Below are positions 57,698-64,000 of a stretch of 64,000 nucleotides of DNA, one piece after another; position 1 is the first letter of the stretch; each line of letters opens with the position of its first letter. Under the pieces are notes generated by a model. That model was not told the origin of the DNA. It worked only from the letters and a program-made list of their open reading frames with translations, and searched no databases. Origin of the DNA: an uncultured Gammaproteobacteria bacterium (lineage in GTDB: Bacteria; Pseudomonadota; Gammaproteobacteria; Xanthomonadales; Rhodanobacteraceae); the NCBI GenBank assembly GCA_963766595.1, contig CAVYAZ010000002.1, forward strand, positions 112,924 through 176,923, in the 5' to 3' direction. The position numbers and the translations under genes were made by a program.

Positions 57698-58427
57698 GTC
57701 CGGTTTGCTGCGCACCAGGGTGATCCAGCAATTCGACCAGAATGACGTGGTACTCATCGCCTCCGCTGTTCTTCACGCGATGCACATAGGGCAGCGGTCC
57801 CTTCTCGATCGTCACGGCGCCGCTCGGTAAAACCTCCGGCGACGTCCACTCGCCCCCGGACTTTTGCGCGGAGATGCGGCTACCTGGGATTCTCACGCCA
57901 ACATTGGGGAACTCGTGTCGATGCCACTGGGTCGTCTCGCCGGGCGGAATGCGCGCTTCGACGATGCGGAAGTAGGGCGTCTGCATTACCCAGTGATGAT
58001 GCGGCTCGTGCAGAATCCCTTCCGGTTCGACGGTGCTGCCGTCATCCGGCGCGGCTTGCGACGTGCCAAGTTGCGCTTGCCGCTTGAATTCGATTTCGAT
58101 ATTCTCGACCGGCGTGTTGCCGATATTGGCGACAGCATGCGTCTCCGGCCCGAATGCCAGTGGCCGCTTCTGCGGATCGACGGCAACGACCACGCTGCTG
58201 CCAACGGGCTTGCTCAGGCGCAGCGTTCCGGACTGTACCGCGATCACGACGCGTGGCGGATGGCTGTGCATCGCCGCGCTTGCGCCAGGCTCGTAGTGCG
58301 AGCGGATCACGCGAATGTTTGCGTCTTCGTACTCGACTTTCGCAATCGCAGGCGAGACCTGCATCAGGTCCTGCGCGACCGCGTTGCCCAGCAGCAGTGC
58401 GAACGGCAGGCAGCGCAGCAGGGTCAT
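57693..58427 (-). CDS. Exported tandem-cupin protein
   Basis: Signal peptide; two modules EDANIRVIRSHYEPGASAAMHSHP and TPYFRIVEARIPPGETTQWHRH. Confidence 0.8.
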   Translation of the reverse strand: MTLLRCLPFALLLGNAVAQDLMQVSPAIAKVEYEDANIRVIRSHYEPGASAAMHSHPPRVVIAVQSGTLRLSKPVGSSVVVAVDPQKRPLAFGPETHAVANIGNTPVENIEIEFKRQAQLGTSQAAPDDGSTVEPEGILHEPHHHWVMQTPYFRIVEARIPPGETTQWHRHEFPNVGVRIPGSRISAQKSGGEWTSPEVLPSGAVTIEKGPLPYVHRVKNSGGDEYHVILVELLDHPGAQQTGP

Positions 58428-58539
58428 CGGTCTTTCCTCAAGCGGGTGGAACAAGGTAGCACGCCGCATGGCTGCGGCGACTTGCGGCGCAGTACGCTGC
58501 GCCTAATACGCTGCGTCTAAAGAGAAACCTCAGACAAGC

Positions 58540-58613
58540 CGTCATCCCAGCGAAGGCTGGGATCCAGTTCCCCAGCAATCTGCAAAAAAGGCTGGATTTC
58601 AGCCGGGATGACG
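58540..58613. repeat. Palindromic element GTCATCCCAGCGAAGGCTGGGATCCAG ... CTGGAT..GGGATGAC
   Basis: Nested hairpin with terminal GTCATCCC/GGGATGAC inverted repeat; widespread proteobacterial repeat type. Confidence 0.75.
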
Positions 58614-58618
58614 AACGT

Positions 58619-58640
58619 AGGTGAACCTGTCACCCTTTTT
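58619..58640. repeat. REP unit GTGAACCTGTCACCCTTTTT
   Basis: Same core as 59535-59553, 59613-59634 and 63671-63691. Confidence 0.7.
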
Positions 58641-58654
58641 ACTGTTTTTAATGG

Positions 58655-59431
58655 CTACGGCCCGAACGAGTCGGCGAAGATGCGGTCATCCTGGCCGTTC
58701 AGCGTGAACGCGAGATTGAACGAGCTGCCGCTGCCGATCATGTCGGTGCCGATACGCAACCAGTTCGGTGCAAGGTTCGCGTTGCGGATCCAGGCCTGCT
58801 GGTCCGACGCGAACGGTGTGCCGGGCGATACGATGGGACGCGATCCAGAGAGCCAGTAGAAACCGCCACTGAAGAGCGCTACCTGCGCGACGAAGAAGTA
58901 GTGGCCATTGGGCAGCGTGATCGCGGGAATGAAGGTCGCTGTGACCACACCCTCTGCGCCGGACACTGGACCTTCGCCGCCGGTCAGGTTGTTCGGCGCG
59001 GGATTGATTCCATTGAGCACCGAATTCAACGCCGAGAAACTCGGGTTCAGCAGCGTGAACGAGACGGTGAGGCTGTCGGTCGCCGTGTCGCGCGCTTCGT
59101 ACGCGACGTCGGAAGGTGAATTGACGCGAGTCGGCGAGCCTGGCGGGGGCGGGTTCGTCGAATCGAGCGGAAACACGCGGTAGATTTTGACGACGACCTC
59201 GCTGATTGAAGCCCCGGACGCGCCACTCGGCAGCAATCCGGTGAAGGTCGCACTCGTCAGTGTCGTCTGCAGCGGCAGCACGAAGTCGTCCGCAGCCTCC
59301 TTGAACGCCGAGCCGGGCTGCGATGCCGCAGCGAGCAGATTGCTCGGCGTTCCGGTGCTGAAGGCGTAGGGATTGGCCAGCGCAGAGGATGTCGTCGCCA
59401 GCAGGGCCGAAACAAGCCATGAGAGTTTCAT
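58655..59431 (-). CDS. Exported protein with C-terminal DDRIFADSF motif
   Basis: Signal peptide MKLSWLVSALLATTSSALA; VPTR/VNSPSDVA-type conserved core; ends NGQDDRIFADSFGP. Confidence 0.8.
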   Translation of the reverse strand: MKLSWLVSALLATTSSALANPYAFSTGTPSNLLAAASQPGSAFKEAADDFVLPLQTTLTSATFTGLLPSGASGASISEVVVKIYRVFPLDSTNPPPPGSPTRVNSPSDVAYEARDTATDSLTVSFTLLNPSFSALNSVLNGINPAPNNLTGGEGPVSGAEGVVTATFIPAITLPNGHYFFVAQVALFSGGFYWLSGSRPIVSPGTPFASDQQAWIRNANLAPNWLRIGTDMIGSGSSFNLAFTLNGQDDRIFADSFGP

Positions 59432-59491
59432 TGCGATCACCCGAGGGGCATCGGCTGGAAGCATAGCCGCTCAGCCGGCGCCGGCGCCAAC

Positions 59492-59720
59492 GAAACGGTG
59501 TCAGCGTCGTTTCCTCTGCTTGAAACGAGTGTATGTGAACCTGTCACCGTTTCGTAAGTGAATCGCGCCCGACAAAGTGGATCAGGTACACGTCTTGGTC
59601 GAGCAGGGAGGGAAAATGAACCTGACCCCGTTTTCGCCCCTGAGCCCAACGGCGCAGACACAGACGAATCGAGACAAGCGCATCAGAGTGCCTTATTCGA
59701 CGCAAATGGCACTCTGACCC
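59492..59720. repeat. Cluster of REP units: GAAACGGTGTCAG/CTGTCACCGTTTC doublet, AAAATGAACCTGACCCCGTTTT, and TCAGAGTGCC/GGCACTCTGA doublet
   Basis: 59492-59553, 59613-59634 and 59683-59720. Confidence 0.7.
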
Positions 59721-59739
59721 GCTAGCCATTTGCCACCAT

Positions 59740-60099
59740 TCAACCGCCGGGAATCGACAACACGGGCATGACCTCGATCGAATCGCCTGGGAAGATCGTG
59801 AAATGCGGGTGCCGTTCGAACATACGGGCGGCGGCTTCGTGCGAATCCGCGCGCACGACCGTGAAGGCGCCGAGTTCATTGGCGACGTCGCCGATTCCGC
59901 TTGCGGAAACCTTCTTTGTGCTGCCCAGTGGTCCGCCCATCGCGACTATGGCGGACTGATACTTCTCGGCCCAAGCCTTCCATGCCGCCATGCCCTCCTG
60001 CTCCTTCGCCTGGCGCTCGGCCGGCGACAACGCATTCCAGTTCTTAAATCCATCCTTGCTGCCGAGAAAGATCGCGAGATAGGTTCCGGTCGGATTCAT
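59740..60099 (-). CDS. YCII-related domain protein
   Basis: AWKAWAEK..IVAMGGPLG..FTVVRADSHEAAARMF..HPHF..IEVMP. Confidence 0.78.
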   Translation of the reverse strand: MNPTGTYLAIFLGSKDGFKNWNALSPAERQAKEQEGMAAWKAWAEKYQSAIVAMGGPLGSTKKVSASGIGDVANELGAFTVVRADSHEAAARMFERHPHFTIFPGDSIEVMPVLSIPGG

Positions 60100-60232
60100 C
60101 GTGGGCTCTCCGTTGTCAGGGCGAGACATTCGCCTTCTCATCATACGACGATCGAAAGGCGCGACGATGCATTCGCGCAACGCCACGATCCAGGTCGCCG
60201 CAACAACGGTGAAGATCACGGGCAAATTAAAG

Positions 60233-61550
60233 GGTTCGTTCACCCAATTCCGGGAAAGGCAGCTCGGATCTTGAGAAAGAAGTAAACATCGTCCCGAAAG
60301 CCGTAAGCCATGCGCTTGATGACTTTGATGCGGTTATTGATGCCCTCAATGAGGTTGGTGCCCAGCGGATAGCGGCAGTGAGCCAGAATGCCGGGCAAGT
60401 AAGGTCGCAGGGCGCGAGCGAAGCGTCGCAGCGGTTCGATGCCACTGCGCAAGGCTTTTCGGTACCAGCTTCGCCAGGCACGAAAGGCGTAACCGCGGTG
60501 ACGGTAGTGCCATAGCTCTTTGAGCGCGTCGCGCAATACGTAGACGACGAATAGGTCGTGGTTTGCGGAGCAGTTCGTCCAGTGTCACATCCTCGCCTGG
60601 CCGCAACGAAGCCCGGTTCTTGAGCAGCAACCAGCGGGCACTCTTGACGATACGACGCGCCGGTCGGTTCGCGCGCAGTTCGTTGGCGCGATCCACGCGG
60701 ACCCGGTCGATCACCTCACGTCCGTACTTGGCGACCACGTGGAAAAGATCGAAGACGATGGCCGCGTGTTTGCAGTGCTCACGCACCTCGAGTTCGTAGC
60801 CAGCATTCATGTCCATCACGGCGGCTTTGAGCTGGCCACAACGTTCGGGGCCAAGCAGGGTGAAGAACGGGCGGACGTCCTGGCGTCCGCGGCCACGTCC
60901 GACCCACAACACGCGCTTGCGTGTCGGCTCGACGATGACGGTCGCGTAACGGTGGCCTTTTTGAATCGCGAATTCATCCATCCCGATCACCTCCACGCCG
61001 TCCAGATCGATCGGACCCAGTTCGCGCTCCAGGTAGGCCCGGTCCAGGTCCTTCACCGTTTTCCAGTCCAGCACGTAGAACCGCGCCACGTGCAGGATCG
61101 CGGCGACCTTGCATAAGCGCGACACCGAGTCGGCCAGGCGCCGGGTAACCCGCGCGTACGCATCCAGCCATGGCAGCCGCTCGACCTTGGGACCGCACCG
61201 AGGGCACTCGACCCGTATGCGCGGCACGATCAGCTCGACCGAGTGCTCGAACACCGGTAAGTCGCGGACCCGGCGTTCCTCCACATCGTGGATCCCTGTC
61301 GTCCGGAACCCGCAACCGCTACAGCAGCGCAGATGACTCGCCAGCGCCACGAGCTCAATCACGCACCAGGATCGACCCTGACGCACCTCGATGTGGTCTT
61401 CCTTGACCTCATACCCTTCCCAGCTTCCAAGCTGAGACATAGGATGGCATTGGGCCACGGTCGCCTCCTGCAGACTTGATGCTTCGCAACACCAAGTTAG
61501 CAGCGCGACCGTGCGCCCGCTTCAGTTACCCCGGAGATTGGAGAAGAACC
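60233..61550 (-). mobile_element. ISL3-family insertion sequence, 1318 bp, with 9-bp target duplication AAATTAAAG
   Basis: Ends GGTTCGTTCACCCAATTCCGGG / CCCGGAGATTGGAGAAGAACC (imperfect inverted repeats); AAATTAAAG at 60224-60232 and 61551-61559. Confidence 0.9.
60240..61458 (-). CDS. ISL3 transposase; frameshift near 60568
   Basis: CCSGC/CPRC zinc ribbon, IGMDEFAIQKGHRYAT, VMDM, FDLFHVV, EGINNRIKVIKRMAYGFRD. Confidence 0.92.
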
Positions 61551-61570
61551 AAATTAAAGAGGCGTTACAA

Positions 61571-62443
61571 AAAAAGGCCGGGGCAAATCAACGAGGGCGT
61601 TAGGCAATTACGTGTTGTCGGCGGGACTGTCGACACCGCTGCGCGAAGCCGGACGTCCCCGCGGCCGAACCGAAGCAGGGCGATTCAGCGTCCGCTCGAC
61701 CATTGCCCGAAAGCGGGCGTCGCCGTACGCACGCTGTTGCACCGCGTGCGCGCGGATCGTCTTGAGCTGTTCTTCGCTTTCGCCGGCGTGCAACCATTCG
61801 CGATAGGCGACACGCCGTGACTTCGCATCGGCACCGAGCGCGAGCAGACAAGGATGTGGCGCGATCAACGAATCGCACTTCAGACCGAGGTTCGCGTGAA
61901 CGCTCGACCAGGCGTAATCCTCCGGCGCCGCAACCATTCCAGCACGCACCGGGTTGCGCTCGATATAGCGGTAGACGCTCAGCACGTAGTGATCGGTCGC
62001 AACGAGGCAGGATTTGAAGCGGCCTTCCCACAGCGTACCGCTACGGTGGTGGCGATGGTTGAACGCCTGTACATAGCATTGCGTGGACCGGTGCAACGTC
62101 GCCGTCGCGGCGCCGGGAGTCGGTGCGCTGGTGAGCAGATGAACGTGATTGCCCATCAGCACGTAGGCGTGGATGGCGAGCGCGTTCTGCCTGGCAAAAA
62201 GTCCAAGCAGGCGCAGATAGTCATGTCGATCGTCGTCGTCGAGGAACGTGGCGCAGCGGTTCACGCCTCGCTGCGTGATGTGCAAGGGTACGCCAGGGAG
62301 CTCGAGACGCGGCGGACGAGGCATGCGGGCGATGGGCGGGGAAGGTGATGAATTTTCGTGCCCGCCTTCATGGTCCGCCATCGGAACGATGCGTCACCGC
62401 GTGTAGGAGTTTTCCTATACCTAATTTGCCCCGGCCCCTTTTC
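61571..62443 (-). mobile_element. RAYT/Y1-transposase locus bounded by inverted REP-like units
   Basis: AAAAAAGGCCGGGGCAAAT (~61571-61589) and ATTTGCCCCGGCCCCTTTT (~62425-62443) are reverse complements with 2 mismatches. Confidence 0.7.
61608..62324 (-). CDS. REP-associated tyrosine transposase (RAYT, Y1/HUH family)
   Basis: MPRPPRL..PGVPLHITQRG, HAYVLMGNHVHLL (HUH), LWEGRFKS, YIERNPVRAG, YAWSS. Confidence 0.92.
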   Translation of the reverse strand: MPRPPRLELPGVPLHITQRGVNRCATFLDDDDRHDYLRLLGLFARQNALAIHAYVLMGNHVHLLTSAPTPGAATATLHRSTQCYVQAFNHRHHRSGTLWEGRFKSCLVATDHYVLSVYRYIERNPVRAGMVAAPEDYAWSSVHANLGLKCDSLIAPHPCLLALGADAKSRRVAYREWLHAGESEEQLKTIRAHAVQQRAYGDARFRAMVERTLNRPASVRPRGRPASRSGVDSPADNT

Positions 62444-62471
62444 CGCGAGAACTGCGCCGTCCCTTAAACAG

Positions 62472-62519
62472 AAAGGGGACGTAGCTAATTAGCCCCGCTC
62501 AATTAGCTACGTCCCCTTT
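62472..62519. repeat. Perfect 19-bp inverted-repeat doublet (REPIN-like)
   Basis: AAAGGGGACGTAGCTAATT - 10 nt - AATTAGCTACGTCCCCTTT. Confidence 0.85.
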
Positions 62520-62529
62520 ACCTGTTCTT

Positions 62530-63558
62530 TCACTGAGCATCGGTCAAGCACTGGATCGTCGTTTGCAACGAGAAGTTCGAACCGATGGTGTGGCGCTGCG
62601 CCCGAAACAGGTCGAGCCGGTACGTGTTACCCGGCGTAAGCCCATAAAAAGCTGCATGCGCGGGGTCGAGGGTCACCGACCCGGTCGTTGCAGCGTGGAC
62701 GCCGCCCAGATCGATGACGAGCTTGCCGTCGATGTAGATCCATACGTCGTCATCCCCGGTGAAGGAGACCGTCTCGCCGCCGTGGAACGCGAATTGCGCG
62801 TGCAGCATGGTGGTGAAGTCGTAGTTGTGCCCGGTGCTACCGAGGTTGCCGAAGCCGAGGCCGTCGATCGGAAAGTAGGCAGTGTTCGAAAACTTGAACG
62901 TGCCGGGTGGATTCTCGGTGAGCAGCAGCGACTGCTGGATCGGCAAGTTGATGGTGTCGTCCGTGAACCATTGCGCGAACGAATCGGCGCTGGCGATTTG
63001 TACTTTTGTCGGGCCCAGGCTCCCATATGTCGATTGAAGCGTCGGCACACCGCCGGGCACGATGCTCGAGGCGGCAAGGCCGGTAGCAAGCCCTGCGTCG
63101 AATTGCTCGAAGTCCGGATGGCCGCCGGCTTCGAAGTAGGCCTTGAAGTCGTGGAGATATGCTGTCAGCGTGCCGCAGGGCACGACTGTCACCGGCTTCG
63201 ACGCCACGCTGGCCTCTTCGTTCGTGCCGTCACGGACCGTCTCGGTGACGGTGTACATTCCGCCGGCCGGGAAGGCGTGGACCGGATTCTGCAAGGTCGA
63301 TGTGCCGCCATCACCGAAGTCCCAGGCCCACGAACCGATCGTCCCGCCGACATCAGCTGATTGGTCGGTGAACGTTACCGCCAATCCCTCGGCGGCAAAG
63401 GTGAAGTCGGCCACCGGCGGAGGATCGAACGCGTCGGCGAATATCTCGTCGGATGCCGCTTCGTCGGGAAGCGCGAAGGCAACGCCGTTGGCAGCAAACG
63501 CGAGCGCGATGATCAACGCACGGGTGCAGTGCGGGTGTAAAGCGATGGCGTTTTTGAT
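62530..63558 (-). CDS. Exported PKD + fibro-slime (PA14-like) domain protein with N-terminal DEIFADAF motif
   Basis: SWAWDFGDG PKD; GHPDFE, YFPIDGLGFGN, HNYDFT, FTGDDDVWIYIDGKLVIDLGGVH; start uncertain (ATC after AGGGG at 63558; the ORF is open to 63657). Confidence 0.85.
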   Translation of the reverse strand: MKNAIALHPHCTRALIIALAFAANGVAFALPDEAASDEIFADAFDPPPVADFTFAAEGLAVTFTDQSADVGGTIGSWAWDFGDGGTSTLQNPVHAFPAGGMYTVTETVRDGTNEEASVASKPVTVVPCGTLTAYLHDFKAYFEAGGHPDFEQFDAGLATGLAASSIVPGGVPTLQSTYGSLGPTKVQIASADSFAQWFTDDTINLPIQQSLLLTENPPGTFKFSNTAYFPIDGLGFGNLGSTGHNYDFTTMLHAQFAFHGGETVSFTGDDDVWIYIDGKLVIDLGGVHAATTGSVTLDPAHAAFYGLTPGNTYRLDLFRAQRHTIGSNFSLQTTIQCLTDAQ

Positions 63559-63640
63559 GGGTTCGCCCCTGGGCCGAAAGACGGGCCAGAGGATAACCGG
63601 AAGCGCCAACAGGGAGATAGGGTGAGAGTGCCCAACCGAT

Positions 63641-63691
63641 AACGGTGTCAGGTTCACTTACACTCATTCGGTAAGTGAACCTGACACCGTT
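63641..63691. repeat. Perfect 21-bp inverted-repeat doublet (REPIN-like)
   Basis: AACGGTGTCAGGTTCACTTAC - 9 nt - GTAAGTGAACCTGACACCGTT. Confidence 0.85.
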
Positions 63692-63707
63692 TTTTGTTGC
63701 TCATCCC

Positions 63708-63998
63708 TCATCGAGCCTGTGCATCAAGGAGCATCCTGAGGAAGGAAGCTCCTGCGCTGATCATCTGAATAGCGAGCGGCTCCGGAATGTCGATCGGTTC
63801 GTCGTCCCTTTGCCCATGGCGGTAGAAGTGCGCGCCATCGACCCAAGATGCAAAGCTGATCATTGCCTTTCGACAAGCGTGCTGCGCAGTAGTATCCGTC
63901 CCTAACTTTGCGACTACGATCGTGGCCAACTCACCTTTGACGGTCGCACCGTCCAGCCTGGCCGATGAAGTCATGCGTTTGGCGAGAATCTCAATTGC
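63708..63998 (-). CDS. C-terminal end of a hypothetical protein entering from beyond the window (lower GC)
   Basis: Frame open to the edge: AIEILAKRMTSSARL...FASWVDGAHFYRHGQ...ISAGASFLRMLL. Confidence 0.6.
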   Translation of the reverse strand, partial: AIEILAKRMTSSARLDGATVKGELATIVVAKLGTDTTAQHACRKAMISFASWVDGAHFYRHGQRDDEPIDIPEPLAIQMISAGASFLRMLLDAQAR

Positions 63999-64000
63999 CT

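Overview
GC-rich window that looks like the chromosome of a Xanthomonadales/Rhodanobacteraceae (Dokdonella/Rudaea-like) gammaproteobacterium; this is inferred from gene order and protein sequences. Positions 1-43.8 kb are mostly core genes: a truncated cobalamin riboswitch, hemW-rdgB-rph, yicC-gmk, an mlaFEDCB/mlaA block sitting between gmk and rpoZ-spoT-ridA-recG, a nucleoside hydrolase, an MscK-like channel with an N-terminal solute-binding domain, rpmE2, gltA, mrcA, pilMNOPQ followed by a large Ig-like lipoprotein, a cNMP-EAL protein, a MoxR/Bat operon and a dicarboxylate symporter. Positions 44-53.4 kb hold a putative small-molecule biosynthesis operon (T_hemolysin-family acyltransferase, adenylation enzyme, heme-oxygenase-like diiron enzyme, SDR, exported TPR-like protein). 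It has a near-consensus sigma54 promoter and lies beside a porin/binding-protein pair and an NtrBC-type two-component system. Positions 53.4-64 kb are accessory: exported proteins sharing a D-x-[IV]-F-x-x-x-F motif, cupins, an ISL3 with a 9-bp target duplication, and a RAYT-like Y1 transposase with several REP families. At least seven single-site frameshifts, several in normally conserved genes, point to assembly or long-read indel errors. No rRNA, tRNA or CRISPR array was seen.
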